Sequence record: OM386658.1
Strand: one strand, 5' to 3'
Source of the DNA: Escherichia phage vB_EcoM_ESCO32
DNA: 64,000 bases
Positions 26,680 to 37,399 of this stretch are shown here, piece by piece (the stretch's first letter is position 1; each line of letters begins with the position of its first letter). The position numbers and the translations under genes were made by a program. The notes under the pieces are model-generated. The model was not told the DNA's origin. It was given only the letters and a program-made list of their open reading frames with translations, and ran no database searches.

Positions 26680-27244
26680 AGAACCTAAAGTTATTTGGGG
26701 AGATGGAACACCTTGGAAAACTCAAGCAGCCTTTTATACATATTTAAGGGGTTGCTTAAGGAAAGCATGGGTGAGACACCCGAATAAGATAAAAAAGATC
26801 CAATCTGTACGATTTAAAGCGGATAGGTTGGATAAAGATGGAAATATAGTTTTAGATAAGAAAACAGGCAAACCGAAACAGGTTTGGAATTGTAAGTGTG
26901 AATTGTGTGGACATACAGGAGGTATGAAAGACTTTCAAGTAGACCATATTAATGCAGCAGGTACATTAACCTGTTATGAAGATATCCCAAGTTTTGTTTT
27001 ACGCCTATTGTACGTAACAGAAGACGACCTGCGTGTAGTTTGTAAGCAGTGTAACGCTATCCTGGCTTACGCTGACAAGCACGATATGACATTCAGGGAA
27101 GCAAAAGCGGAGAAGGAAGCGATAGCTTTATGCCAGTCTAAAAAGGATAAAAATTGGCTAACGAAGCGCGGAATTTCACCAGAAAGTACAGTAAGTAAGC
27201 GAAGAAAACAAATAGTAAAAATTCTTCTTGACGAAGAGAAATAA
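26669..27244 (+). CDS. HNH endonuclease (putative free-standing homing endonuclease)
   Basis: CELCG...DFQVDHINAAG...CKQCN arrangement matches HNH pattern CxxC..DH..N..CxxC. Confidence 0.5.
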   Translation: MENKEPKVIWGDGTPWKTQAAFYTYLRGCLRKAWVRHPNKIKKIQSVRFKADRLDKDGNIVLDKKTGKPKQVWNCKCELCGHTGGMKDFQVDHINAAGTLTCYEDIPSFVLRLLYVTEDDLRVVCKQCNAILAYADKHDMTFREAKAEKEAIALCQSKKDKNWLTKRGISPESTVSKRRKQIVKILLDEEK

Positions 27245-27289
27245 TAAAGTATTATCGCTCCCACAAATGGGAGCGTTAGAGGAGAAAAT

Positions 27290-27853
27290 ATGGCTAAACT
27301 TTATTTCCGATATAGTCCGATGAACAGTGGTAAAAGCACACATCTGCTACAAACAGCTTGGAACTATAAAGAAAGAAATATGAAAGTTCTTCTTTTAACT
27401 TCAGCTTTAGATACCAGATCTGGTTGTGCGATTGCTTCTAGGATAGGTATTAAAGAGGAAGCAAAACCAGTTAAAACAAAAGAAGATATGCTGGAAATTT
27501 ATACACAACTTAAAGAAAATCCAGTAGATGCAGTTTTTGTGGACGAATCACAATTCCTAACTAAAGATATGGTTGACATTCTTGGAGATGTGGTAGATAA
27601 TTACGATATTCCTGTATTCTGTTATGGACTTAAAACAGATTTTGCTACAGAATTGTTTGAAGGTTCTGAACGGTTATTAGCCATAGCAGATTCAATTACA
27701 GAATTGAAAAGCATTTGTAAATGTGGAAGAAAAGCTATTTTCAATGCTAGACTTATCGACTCTAAAGAACAGATTGTTATTGGAGGAGAAGACATTTACG
27801 AAACAATGTGTAGAAAATGTTATAACAGGAGAAAAAATGCGTCTAGTATGTGA
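27290..27853 (+). CDS. tdk: thymidine kinase
   Basis: P-loop SPMNSGKST, C-terminal zinc motif CKCGRKA...CRKCY, typical length. Confidence 0.85.
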   Translation: MAKLYFRYSPMNSGKSTHLLQTAWNYKERNMKVLLLTSALDTRSGCAIASRIGIKEEAKPVKTKEDMLEIYTQLKENPVDAVFVDESQFLTKDMVDILGDVVDNYDIPVFCYGLKTDFATELFEGSERLLAIADSITELKSICKCGRKAIFNARLIDSKEQIVIGGEDIYETMCRKCYNRRKNASSM

Positions 27854-28427
27854 TTGGGATTTAGTAATAGCTCCTGCCGATATAGAATGGTTGAGTTGGT
27901 TAAATGCGGTAAGTAGATCTAATATCAAGTTTGATAAGACACAAAAGACTGTGCATTATGATATTACGAAATATTTTCCTGATTTTAAAAAGCAATTTGG
28001 TGTAGATCCTTACTCTTTTTGGGATAACCAACATCTATATGATACTATGGGAGTAGTACCTAATAGTACAGATGTTGTTCATCGTATAATTGCAAATGGA
28101 GCTAATATATCTATAGCAAGCCACACTAAGGGTGGACACCTTAGTTCTAAATATAGACACGTAACACGATCTTTAGATAAAGTGGACTTTAGTAGAACAT
28201 CTGGTAATGGCTTTTTCGCAACAAAAGAAAAATACTTATTACCTTGTGACGTAACTATTGACGATAGGGCTGAAAATCTTGTCCTATTTCCAGATGAAAC
28301 GTTGAAAATATATTTCAACACTATTTACGAAGATCCATACTTGGAAGAGTTAAAGAAACTTCCTAATGTAATTATCACTGGTTTAGATAATCAGTGGGAA
28401 GAAATTGAAAGTATTTTACTACCTTAA
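27837..28427 (+). CDS. 5'(3')-deoxyribonucleotidase (HAD family, putative)
   Basis: Internal ATG after AGGAG; N-terminal VCDWDLV (DxD-type) and C-terminal VTIDDRAEN motif. Confidence 0.5.
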   Translation: MRLVCDWDLVIAPADIEWLSWLNAVSRSNIKFDKTQKTVHYDITKYFPDFKKQFGVDPYSFWDNQHLYDTMGVVPNSTDVVHRIIANGANISIASHTKGGHLSSKYRHVTRSLDKVDFSRTSGNGFFATKEKYLLPCDVTIDDRAENLVLFPDETLKIYFNTIYEDPYLEELKKLPNVIITGLDNQWEEIESILLP

Positions 28428-28436
28428 GGAGAAATA

Positions 28437-29408
28437 ATGACAGATTCTATTTCAGCAAAAATTATTGCACACTCTCAAACATCTGAAGGTAAGGATATTG
28501 TTACCTTTGAACTTGAATATCCTCGAATCATTCACTCTGAATTGATGACGCATCGTTTGTTTTCTCGTAATGCTGCATCAAGTCGAGCTATCCCTGTTAA
28601 AACTCTAATTGAAATGGTACGGCAATCTCCAGCACGTCCTTATCGTTTTGGTGCTAACCAACCAGGTATGCAAGATAAAGGCACAGATCACGATGCCCTG
28701 ATTGATGCAGGTTACACTGCAAAAGAATGGTGGGACTTGGCTGCACTAAGTGCTGCACGTTTTGCAGAAGAGTTTGCCCTTGCTGGTTATCATAAACAGG
28801 TTGCAAACCGACTACTAGAACCATTCCAGCGTATGAAGACTGTAGTAACCACTACAGAGTTAGAAAACTTCTTGTGGTTGCGCGTAGATGCTGATGCAGA
28901 TCCTACTATCGAGGCTCTTGCTAAAGAAATTAAAAAACTGTATGAATCTTCTGAACCATATCTTCTTTTCCCAGGGGAATGGCATACACCTTACGTTAAT
29001 CGTGATCGAGATCCAGAAACTGGTATGATCCGTTATTTCTTGGGTGAAGCCTTCTCCAACGAGAAAATGTTGACAGAAGATGAAGCAAAAGCTATTTCAG
29101 CTTCTTGTTGCGCTCAGGTAAGTTATCGTAAGTTGAATGATACTAAAGATAAAGCATTGGATATCTATTCTCGTTTGCTGTCTGGACAAAAGGTACATGC
29201 ATCTCCGTTTGAACACCAGGCAACACCAATGAAAGAAATGGATTTGTCAGGATTAAAACAACAGAAAGGTGGTATTAATATTCCTCCGTTCCCTACTTCT
29301 TGGGAAGAAGGTATTACACATATGGATCGTAAACATCGTTTGTGGAGTGGAAACTTCTGCGGTTGGATTCAACATCGTCAACTTTTGACTAACCATACAA
29401 AATGGTGA
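28437..29408 (+). CDS. thyX: flavin-dependent thymidylate synthase
   Basis: ThyX signature ELMTHRLFSRNAASSRAIP (RHR...S.R). Confidence 0.8.
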   Translation: MTDSISAKIIAHSQTSEGKDIVTFELEYPRIIHSELMTHRLFSRNAASSRAIPVKTLIEMVRQSPARPYRFGANQPGMQDKGTDHDALIDAGYTAKEWWDLAALSAARFAEEFALAGYHKQVANRLLEPFQRMKTVVTTTELENFLWLRVDADADPTIEALAKEIKKLYESSEPYLLFPGEWHTPYVNRDRDPETGMIRYFLGEAFSNEKMLTEDEAKAISASCCAQVSYRKLNDTKDKALDIYSRLLSGQKVHASPFEHQATPMKEMDLSGLKQQKGGINIPPFPTSWEEGITHMDRKHRLWSGNFCGWIQHRQLLTNHTKW

Positions 29409-29425
29409 TCAACTTAAAATTATAG

Positions 29426-29455
29426 TTGACTTTTAATTGAGATTCGTGTAGTATA
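29426..29455 (+). promoter_or_regulatory. sigma70-like promoter (TTGACT - 17 nt - TAGTAT)
   Basis: Hexamers seen upstream of 29506 gene; followed by inverted repeat AGGAGAGC-TA-TGCTCTCCT in leader. Confidence 0.4.
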
Positions 29456-29505
29456 GGCTAACGTTAGGAGAGCTATGCTCTCCTTAAAAGAGAGAAGGAG
29501 AATTT

Positions 29506-29916
29506 ATGTCACTAATTAATACAACCATTTGGGCGACCGTAAGTATGTCTACCATTAAGGCTACACCGATCTGGAAAGAAATGGCTAAAAAGCACGGAGG
29601 AAAAATTCCTCACGAATATCATAACACTACATTGCGAGCAGCATTAGTAATGCTTGGTATGTCTACCGATGGACATTATACAGTAGAACGTGGTGTTAAT
29701 ATTCGTAGTAACAACAATCGACGTGTGGTGTTTGCAAATACTACATTGTATACTTTCCCAGTTCGACAGGACTATAAATATAAACGAATCTATCAAGGTG
29801 TAGATATTTTGCACTTTGGAGAAGAAGATTTTACAGGTTGGGGTAGCTCTCATATCAAAATGGAAGACTTCGGAAATGAACATGATCCATCACGAGATGA
29901 TGATTCTGAATTCTAA
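29506..29916 (+). CDS. hypothetical protein
   Basis: ORF track; RBS AGAAGGAG. Confidence 0.35.
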   Translation: MSLINTTIWATVSMSTIKATPIWKEMAKKHGGKIPHEYHNTTLRAALVMLGMSTDGHYTVERGVNIRSNNNRRVVFANTTLYTFPVRQDYKYKRIYQGVDILHFGEEDFTGWGSSHIKMEDFGNEHDPSRDDDSEF

Positions 29917-30177
29917 TTGAGAGGCCAAATGACAGAAAGTAATAAATATGAAGGCTGTGAAATTGAAGTCTATTTTGATGAAACATTAGGTTGCAATGTA
30001 ACAGTTATCCTTGATACATCTAAAAGATTATCCCCAAAAAGACAAGAAGCAGACCGCAAAGCAAAGGCAAAAGGTTTTGAAGGTATAGATCATTTTGAAG
30101 GTTTTCTATACGCAAATGGCTTATATAATGAGATGCGTGGCGGTTATGATGTAGATGTTCTAAACATGCACAATTAA
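29917..30177 (+). CDS. hypothetical protein
   Basis: ORF track. Confidence 0.3.
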   Translation: MRGQMTESNKYEGCEIEVYFDETLGCNVTVILDTSKRLSPKRQEADRKAKAKGFEGIDHFEGFLYANGLYNEMRGGYDVDVLNMHN

Positions 30178-30188
30178 TAGGAGAGGAA

Positions 30189-32450
30189 GTGACTCAGTAT
30201 CTAAGCAAATCTATCCGTTATGTAACAAAAACAAACGGCAAGAAAGAAGAATTTAATCCAGAAAAACTTCGTAAATGGTCAGAGTTTGCTGCTGGTAAAT
30301 TAAATTGGTCTGAAATTGAACTCGAAGCTGTTAAACGTTGTTACGACGGTGTGCCTACTCGTGATTTACATAAAGCTATGATAGCAGCATGTATTGATAA
30401 GAAAGATCAGGCATATAGTGATATGGCAGGTCGGTTACTTCTTGGTATGATTTATAAACAGGCTCATGGGGGATATCATAATATCCCCTCCCTCCTGGAT
30501 TTCTACAATATGTCTGTAAGTAAAGGCTATTGGGGAAAAATGGATTATACAGAAGAAGAAATTATTGAGATTGGTAAAATTGTCGATCACGATAAAAACC
30601 TAACTTATGGTTATTCCGTACTGCGCCAGATGGTTGATAAGTATCTTGTGAAAGATGCGATCAATGATGTTGTTTTTGAATCACCACAGTTTTTATTCAT
30701 TGGTGTAGCAATGAAGGTAATGGAAATTCAACCAAAAGATCGCAGAGTAGAAGACATTAAACGTCTATATACCTACGTAAGTGATCTTAAGATTAATTTA
30801 CCATCGCCTTATTTAACAACTTTGCGTACTAAGATTAAAGGTAGTGCTTCTTGTTGCCTGTTTAGAGCAGATGATACAGCAGAATCTTTAGCAATTGCTA
30901 ACTATCTTGCTCATGAATATACATTGAATAATGCAGGTATTGGTGTTAACCTCCAAACCCGTGCTACAGGACAAGGTGTTAAGAACAACCGTATCGTTCA
31001 CGGTGGTCTTTTACCATACCTGAAATGGATGGAGACAAGTGTTGGAGCATCAAAACAAGCAAGTCGTGGTGGAAGTGCAACAGTAACGTTTACAATATTA
31101 GAACCTGATTTTGAAGATCTGGTACGTTTGAAAAACCCAACTACTGTTAGTGAAAAACGAGTAGATAAACTTGATTACTCTATCGTAGTAAACAATGCTT
31201 TCCTGCGTCGTGCAGCAAAAGGTAAAGATTGGATGCTAGTCAGTTATGACGAAGCACCAGAACTCTATGAGGCGCTTTATAAAAGCGAGGAAGAGTTTGA
31301 AGAAGTATATGAAAAAGTTAGTCGCAAACGAATTAAGAAGAAGTTTGTAAAAGCACGAGATCTTCTGGCAGAAATTATTACACAAAGAGCAGAGACAGGA
31401 CGTATTTATATGTTCTTTGCGGATAATGTTAATAAGCATACTCCGTTTAAGGATGTTATTTACCAGTCAAACTTGTGCCAAGAAATTTTCTTACCTACGA
31501 AAGCATTTCACAATATGACTGATCTTTTCACAGGTGAGAATACAGAAGATCAAGAATTGGCATTATGCTTCCTGTCTTCTATTGTAGCTGGTCGTGTTAC
31601 ACCAGAAGAATATGAAGATGTTGCATATTATACCGTTCTAACTATTGATAATGTTATTGAAACAATGCAGTATCCGTTTAAACATAACGAAATCACTGCT
31701 AAAGCACGTAGGTCTATCGGTGTAGGTATTACAAACCTTGCACATTATCTGGCAAGTAATTTTGTTACTTATTCAGATCCTTACGGCAAAAAACTAATTC
31801 ACGAATTAGCAGAAAGACATTATTATTGGTTAGCAAGAGCTTCTCTTCGTTTGGCAAAAGAGAAAGGTAATGCAGAATGGATGCATAAAACCAAATGGCC
31901 TGAAGGATGGTTGCCTATTGACACCTACGCTAAAGCTGTAGACGATATTGGCAATTTTAAACTTAAAATGGATTGGGAAGGTTTACGACAAGATATCATT
32001 GCACAGGGCGGTATCCGAAATAGTGTATTAGCAGCTATTGCTCCAAATGAGTCCAGTAGTCTTGTAAGTAATACGACTAACTCTGTGTATCCTGTACGTG
32101 ATACTATAGTTTATAAACAAAGCCAAAAGGGTAATGTTCTGTTTATTGTGCCAGACTACGATAAACTAAAAGATATTTACCAATCGGCTTGGGATACACC
32201 AGATAAAGATATGGCTGAAGCATATGGGCTGTTGACTAAATTCTTAGATCAAGGTGCATCATGTGATAAGTGGATTGACTATTCTAAGATGGAAGGTGGT
32301 CGTTTATCCATTAAATCAGAAATGCAATATATTCTTCAGTTTGCAAAACTTGGTGGTAAATCTTTGTACTATCTAAATAGCAGAACAAAATCGGCAACCT
32401 CACTCGCTCAAGAGGATGAAGAATCCGGTTGTGAGGCTTGTAAGATGTAA
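30189..32450 (+). CDS. nrdA: ribonucleotide reductase class Ia alpha subunit
   Basis: 753 aa; N-terminal ATP-cone-like region, NLCQEIFL active-site block, C-terminal Cys pair SGCEAC. Confidence 0.85.
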   Translation: MTQYLSKSIRYVTKTNGKKEEFNPEKLRKWSEFAAGKLNWSEIELEAVKRCYDGVPTRDLHKAMIAACIDKKDQAYSDMAGRLLLGMIYKQAHGGYHNIPSLLDFYNMSVSKGYWGKMDYTEEEIIEIGKIVDHDKNLTYGYSVLRQMVDKYLVKDAINDVVFESPQFLFIGVAMKVMEIQPKDRRVEDIKRLYTYVSDLKINLPSPYLTTLRTKIKGSASCCLFRADDTAESLAIANYLAHEYTLNNAGIGVNLQTRATGQGVKNNRIVHGGLLPYLKWMETSVGASKQASRGGSATVTFTILEPDFEDLVRLKNPTTVSEKRVDKLDYSIVVNNAFLRRAAKGKDWMLVSYDEAPELYEALYKSEEEFEEVYEKVSRKRIKKKFVKARDLLAEIITQRAETGRIYMFFADNVNKHTPFKDVIYQSNLCQEIFLPTKAFHNMTDLFTGENTEDQELALCFLSSIVAGRVTPEEYEDVAYYTVLTIDNVIETMQYPFKHNEITAKARRSIGVGITNLAHYLASNFVTYSDPYGKKLIHELAERHYYWLARASLRLAKEKGNAEWMHKTKWPEGWLPIDTYAKAVDDIGNFKLKMDWEGLRQDIIAQGGIRNSVLAAIAPNESSSLVSNTTNSVYPVRDTIVYKQSQKGNVLFIVPDYDKLKDIYQSAWDTPDKDMAEAYGLLTKFLDQGASCDKWIDYSKMEGGRLSIKSEMQYILQFAKLGGKSLYYLNSRTKSATSLAQEDEESGCEACKM

Positions 32451-32456
32451 TGAAAC

Positions 32457-32482
32457 TAGGGGGCTTTGTCCCCCCTTTCTTA
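32457..32482 (+). terminator. stem-loop (GGGGG-CTTTGT-CCCCC) plus T-rich tract
   Basis: Hairpin after nrdA. Confidence 0.4.
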
Positions 32483-32491
32483 AGGAGGAAT

Positions 32492-32827
32492 ATGCCTACA
32501 TTAGTTGTATTACCTGGAGCAACACCACAAAGACGCTGGGGAAATTATACACTGGTAGATAGTAAAGATTTTACATTCGATTGGTGTTGTCATTATATTG
32601 CAGGTTTTCAATTTTCCAGTGTTGAAATATGGGCTTCCAATGATCCCATAGCTACCTGGTATGCTTTAACCAGAGCAAGGTATGAGGGAGAGGTTACTAT
32701 ACTACTCACAAAGAGTGTATGGGACGCATTAGAGAAGGCTTACCTAGATGATGGTATGGAGAGAGAACACATTGATACAATAAAAGCAATGTGTGATATT
32801 GTGGAGGATTTAAATGGCAGCAATTAA
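32492..32827 (+). CDS. hypothetical protein between nrdA and nrdB
   Basis: Internal ATG after AAGGAGG. Confidence 0.35.
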   Translation: MPTLVVLPGATPQRRWGNYTLVDSKDFTFDWCCHYIAGFQFSSVEIWASNDPIATWYALTRARYEGEVTILLTKSVWDALEKAYLDDGMEREHIDTIKAMCDIVEDLNGSN

Positions 32828-33899
32828 CTTATACAACGACACTTACAAAGAAGGTTTCTACCCTGTATTTTTGGGAGAACAGTTAGGTATTTTTGATTCT
32901 ATTAATGTAACATACCCAGAAATGCATCGTCTGTACAAACTACAAAAACAGCAAGATTGGGATGAAAACGAAGTAAACTTAGATCAGACACGAAAAGATT
33001 TCGTAGCTTGTTCTAAAAGCAACTATGATGTTATGATCAAAAACCTATCTTTCCAATGGGAAAATGATTCACTTGCTAAATCAATCATCACTTTGTTTGC
33101 ACCATTTTTAAGCAACAACGAAGCATGTGCAATGATGATGAAGCAATCAGAAATGGAAGTTTTACACGCTTTGACATATTCTGAAATTATTCGTCAGTGT
33201 ATCCCTAATCCAAATGAAGTTATCGATCAGATTATGGAGAACGAAAGAATCTTCCAGAGGATGGGTATAGTTGAAGAGATAATGAGTGATCTGGCAGAGG
33301 CAGGACATAAATATGCTCTAGGTCTGATTGAGAAGGATGATAACCTTCGTCTACTGATTCTGAAAGGAATGATTGCACTTATCGGTCTGGAAGGTATTCA
33401 GTTCATCTCCTCTTTTGCTGCAACATTTGCCTTAGCAGAGCAGCAATTGTTTGTAGGTGCAGCTAAACTCATTCAAAAAATTATGTTGGATGAACTATTG
33501 CACGTTAAAATGGATTATGCTATTATTGATGCACTGCTGAAAGATCCTGTCTGGAGAAAAGTATACGAAGATAATATCGACGTTCTGACAGAAATTCTTG
33601 ACACAGTAGTTGGACAAGAGGAAGATTGGTGTGACTATCTGTTTAGTGAAGGAAGGATTATCGTTGGCGGTAACGCAGAGTTGTTCAAACTTTGGGTTTA
33701 CTTCAATGCCGCGCCTATCTATCGCAGACTGAAAATGAAACACAAATTCCGTGCACCTAAGAAAAGTCCACTGCCTTGGATGGATGTTTGGTTAAATCCA
33801 GATCAAATTCAAGCAGCAGCACAAGAGATCCAAATTACAGCTTACAAACTGAATTCAGCAAATAAAGATGTAAGTGATGACGAGGAGTTAGACTTTTAA
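32814..33899 (+). CDS. nrdB: ribonucleotide reductase class Ia beta subunit
   Basis: 361 aa; follows nrdA; EVLHALTYSEIIRQ-type di-iron ligand helix. Confidence 0.8.
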   Translation: MAAINLYNDTYKEGFYPVFLGEQLGIFDSINVTYPEMHRLYKLQKQQDWDENEVNLDQTRKDFVACSKSNYDVMIKNLSFQWENDSLAKSIITLFAPFLSNNEACAMMMKQSEMEVLHALTYSEIIRQCIPNPNEVIDQIMENERIFQRMGIVEEIMSDLAEAGHKYALGLIEKDDNLRLLILKGMIALIGLEGIQFISSFAATFALAEQQLFVGAAKLIQKIMLDELLHVKMDYAIIDALLKDPVWRKVYEDNIDVLTEILDTVVGQEEDWCDYLFSEGRIIVGGNAELFKLWVYFNAAPIYRRLKMKHKFRAPKKSPLPWMDVWLNPDQIQAAAQEIQITAYKLNSANKDVSDDEELDF

Positions 33900-34117
33900 T
33901 GAAACTACTTTGTGTTGGATTAATTTCTGACTTCAAAGACGTTTTCGAAAAGGGAGCCTCTTACGAGGCTTCCGAATTACAGAATGGTTTCTGTGATGTT
34001 TACGGCAAACGTTTAAAAAAGAATGGTGATCATTGGCTAGGAGTTATGTCTTGCGGTCACATTATAGTTAATGGTGTAGCCAAGTTTGAAATTATCAAAG
34101 GAGAAAAAGATGATTGA
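33899..34117 (+). CDS. hypothetical protein
   Basis: ORF track. Confidence 0.3.
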   Translation: MKLLCVGLISDFKDVFEKGASYEASELQNGFCDVYGKRLKKNGDHWLGVMSCGHIIVNGVAKFEIIKGEKDD

Positions 34118-34292
34118 TTTTGTTGATGTAGATATTAATTCTGACTTAACAGAAGATGAAGGTGGCGCTTTTGTGTGTTCAGATGGAGAAAAATGTTTTA
34201 CTCTGATGGTAGAAACTTATGACGGTATCACAGAAATTCTATTAACAGAGAATGAGTTAAAACAGATGTTAGAAAAGATTGAGGAGCTTTAA
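34110..34292 (+). CDS. hypothetical acidic protein
   Basis: Internal ATG after AAAGGAG. Confidence 0.3.
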   Translation: MIDFVDVDINSDLTEDEGGAFVCSDGEKCFTLMVETYDGITEILLTENELKQMLEKIEEL

Positions 34293-34295
34293 TAA

Positions 34296-34442
34296 TGGAT
34301 GATGTAAGTATTTGTCCTATCTGCGGGGGTACTGGGAATTTTATTGTTAGTATGGAACAATTTATTCCTTGTTGGAATTGTAACGGTTTAGGTTTCGTTC
34401 ATACAGAAGAAAAAGAAGAGGAGGAAGATAGTGGGAGTTGAT
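34296..34442 (+). CDS. small zinc-ribbon protein (about 48 aa)
   Basis: Manual translation MDDVSICPICGGTG...CWNCNGLG; below ORF-track cut-off. Confidence 0.3.
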
Positions 34443-34757
34443 ATTGCATGGCGTATGTTACAGGGTGCACCTTTTAATAAATGGGAAGAGGCTGTAGGAG
34501 AAGATCCTAAAATTGAAGAAGAATTTGATGGAGATTTGAACTGGTTCTTACAAGAAGGTCTTGATTTAAGTCGTATCTCTCCTTTCTATGATGCTGATGA
34601 ATCTTATTGCATATATGGCATTTATTTAGAAGGTGGCGAAGGAAGTATAGCTGTAGATCTTGAGCAACTAAATAAGAATGCAAAAGAAGCCTATGCACAA
34701 CTTCTTGAAAAATATAACATTGAAACGGAAACTATTATTTCTCAACACGTTTGGTAA
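34431..34757 (+). CDS. hypothetical acidic protein
   Basis: ORF track. Confidence 0.3.
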   Translation: MGVDIAWRMLQGAPFNKWEEAVGEDPKIEEEFDGDLNWFLQEGLDLSRISPFYDADESYCIYGIYLEGGEGSIAVDLEQLNKNAKEAYAQLLEKYNIETETIISQHVW

Positions 34758-34770
34758 GGAGGATAGTAGA

Positions 34771-34968
34771 ATGATGCTAGATCAACTGATCAATGCTCCT
34801 CGCGTAACAGTAAGTCCAAAAACATTTGCATCACTTTTAGAAGATGCTAAAGAGGTTTATAACTTTACTGAAGAAGAGCTTCCTGTTCCTGTTGAAAAAG
34901 GTTCCAGATGGTTGTTTTATGAAGGTATTATTTTTACTGAAGGGAATAATTGGAAGGAGACTAAATGA
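34771..34968 (+). CDS. hypothetical protein
   Basis: Internal ATG after AAGGAGG. Confidence 0.3.
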   Translation: MMLDQLINAPRVTVSPKTFASLLEDAKEVYNFTEEELPVPVEKGSRWLFYEGIIFTEGNNWKETK

Positions 34969-35954
34969 AATACTTAGTAACAGGTGGTTTAGGCTTTATT
35001 GGAAGTGCGGTAGTTCGTTTCCTGGCTAAAAATACTAAGAACGATATTTACGTTATAGATAAATGGGGTTACGCTTCAGATCCTAGAAATTTAGCAGAAA
35101 CACCTAATGTAAAGTTTTGTCGTGTTGACTTGACAAATGCGCAGGTAACTGCTAAGATTGTGGCAGATGTTAATCCAGATTATATAATGCATCTTGCAGC
35201 AGAAAGTCACGTAGATAATTCAATAGCATCACCGAGTGTTTTTATAAATTCAAATATTGTTGGGACATTTAATCTTCTAGAAGCTGTTCGTTTAATGGGA
35301 GATAAATCAAATCTTAAAATGTTCCATCATATTTCAACAGATGAAGTGTATGGTGATCTGGAAGAAGGGGATTATCCGTTTACAGAACAGAATCCTTATA
35401 AGCCAAGTAGTCCATATGCTGCATCTAAGGCAGCAAGCGATCATTTGGTAAGAGCGTGGCATCGTACTTATGGTATTCCGACAGTTATAACAAATTGTTC
35501 AAATAATTTTGGAGCATATCATCATCCAGAAAAACTAATACCTAAAACGATAACAAATATCTTGATGCATAAACCAATCCCTGTTTATGGCAATGGTCTT
35601 CAAGTAAGAGATTGGTTATACGTTGACGATCACGCAGAAGCATTACACCTAGTAGTAACTAAAGGCAAATCTGGAGAAACATATAATATTGGGAGCAGAA
35701 ACCCTAGAACTAATATTGATGTAATCTATATGATTTGTGATTATATGGATGCGGTGTATCCATCTGAAACAGATGCTTGTAGCCTCATTGAGATGGTTAC
35801 AGATAGACCTGGACATGATTTAAGATATGAAGTGAATCCTTATAAGATTGAAAAGGAATTAGGGTGGAAAGCTAAAGGCACATTTGAAGAAAAACTTTAT
35901 TCAACCATTGATTGGTATGTAGATAACAAAGAGTGGTGGGAAAATAAAGTTTAA
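34965..35954 (+). CDS. rmlB: dTDP-glucose 4,6-dehydratase
   Basis: SDR fold: [10 protein letters not shown] Rossmann motif, YAASK catalytic YxxxK, typical length 329 aa. Confidence 0.85.
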   Translation: MKYLVTGGLGFIGSAVVRFLAKNTKNDIYVIDKWGYASDPRNLAETPNVKFCRVDLTNAQVTAKIVADVNPDYIMHLAAESHVDNSIASPSVFINSNIVGTFNLLEAVRLMGDKSNLKMFHHISTDEVYGDLEEGDYPFTEQNPYKPSSPYAASKAASDHLVRAWHRTYGIPTVITNCSNNFGAYHHPEKLIPKTITNILMHKPIPVYGNGLQVRDWLYVDDHAEALHLVVTKGKSGETYNIGSRNPRTNIDVIYMICDYMDAVYPSETDACSLIEMVTDRPGHDLRYEVNPYKIEKELGWKAKGTFEEKLYSTIDWYVDNKEWWENKV

Positions 35955-35962
35955 GGAGGAGT

Positions 35963-36832
35963 ATGAAAGGTATTATCTTAGCAGGTGGTAGTGGAACAAG
36001 ACTTTACCCAGTTACTAAAGGGGTTAGTAAACAACTATTACCAATTTATGATAAGCCTATGATTTATTATCCGCTCTCTGTCCTAATGCTTTCTGGAATT
36101 AGGGAAATACTAATAATTACAACACCAGAAGATCAAATTAATTTTGTAAATCTTCTAGGTGATGGTTCTTCTTTTGGTATTTCCCTACAGTATGCAATAC
36201 AGGATAGCCCAAAAGGTTTAGCAGAAGCGTTTATTATTGGTGAGAACTTTATTGGTGAAGATTCTGTAGCACTTGTGCTAGGTGATAATTTATTCTTTGG
36301 TCAGAGTTTTGGTAGCATTTTAGATTCTGCTAAAGAACATATTGAAAAGAATGGTGGAGCTAATATTTTTGGGTATCACGTAAATGATCCTGAAAGATTT
36401 GGTGTTGTTGAGTTTGATTCTGAAGGTACAGTGGTGAGTATTGAAGAAAAACCAAAAGCACCAAAAAGCAACTACGCAATCACAGGCTTGTACTTTTACG
36501 ATAATTCTGTTATACAGAAAGCTAAGAGCGTTAAACCTTCTGCTAGAGGGGAGTTAGAGATTACAGATATAAATGAGATGTACTGGAAAGAAAAGACTTT
36601 ACGTGTCTGTAAACTAGGAAGAGGTTTCACTTGGCTGGATACAGGAACACATGAAAGTCTTATGGAAGCATCTCAATTTGTTCATGCAATAGAAAAGCAA
36701 CAAGGTATGAAGGTTGCATGCCTGGAAGAGATTGCTTTTAAAAATGAATGGATTACTTTAGACTCTGTAAAAAGTTCTGGAGAGGTTTTAAGTAAAACAG
36801 ACTACGGTAAGTATTTACTTAAATTAAAATAA
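35963..36832 (+). CDS. rmlA: glucose-1-phosphate thymidylyltransferase
   Basis: N-terminal [14 protein letters not shown] nucleotidyltransferase signature; 289 aa. Confidence 0.85.
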   Translation: MKGIILAGGSGTRLYPVTKGVSKQLLPIYDKPMIYYPLSVLMLSGIREILIITTPEDQINFVNLLGDGSSFGISLQYAIQDSPKGLAEAFIIGENFIGEDSVALVLGDNLFFGQSFGSILDSAKEHIEKNGGANIFGYHVNDPERFGVVEFDSEGTVVSIEEKPKAPKSNYAITGLYFYDNSVIQKAKSVKPSARGELEITDINEMYWKEKTLRVCKLGRGFTWLDTGTHESLMEASQFVHAIEKQQGMKVACLEEIAFKNEWITLDSVKSSGEVLSKTDYGKYLLKLK

Positions 36833-36844
36833 AGGGGGAATTAA

Positions 36845-37399
36845 ATGATTCAAGCAACAAAAATCGAAGATTTGTTGATCATTCAACCTGACGTTTACGG
36901 AGATGAACGTGGCTTTTTCTTAGAAAGTTTTAATCAGGCTTTATATGATCAATACATAGGTAAACAAAACTTTGTCCAAGATAACCATTCACGTTCTATT
37001 CGAGGAGTTCTACGTGGGCTTCATTTTCAAAAGAAAAACCCACAAGGGAAGTTAGTACGTTGTGTTCGTGGTGAAGTTTATGATGTTGCTGTAGATATTA
37101 GGGTTGGTAGTCCAACATTTGGAGAATGGGTAGGTGTTCTCTTATCTGAAAAGAATAAAACACAATTTTGGATTCCTCCTGGTTTCGCTCATGGCTTTGT
37201 TGTGATTAGTGACATTGCTGATTTTGAATATAAATGTACAGAATATTACGATCCGACTTCAGAGTGTAGTCTTGCGTGGAATGATCCAGATATCAATATT
37301 GATTGGGGTTTTGATTTAATCTTTAATGATATTAATTTTAAACCTATCTTGTCACAAAAAGATCAGGAAGCCAAAACACTAAAGGAGATCATATTTTGA
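36845..37399 (+). CDS. rmlC: dTDP-4-dehydrorhamnose 3,5-epimerase
   Basis: 184 aa cupin; DERGFFLE and HFQK motifs typical of RmlC. Confidence 0.8.
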   Translation: MIQATKIEDLLIIQPDVYGDERGFFLESFNQALYDQYIGKQNFVQDNHSRSIRGVLRGLHFQKKNPQGKLVRCVRGEVYDVAVDIRVGSPTFGEWVGVLLSEKNKTQFWIPPGFAHGFVVISDIADFEYKCTEYYDPTSECSLAWNDPDINIDWGFDLIFNDINFKPILSQKDQEAKTLKEIIF

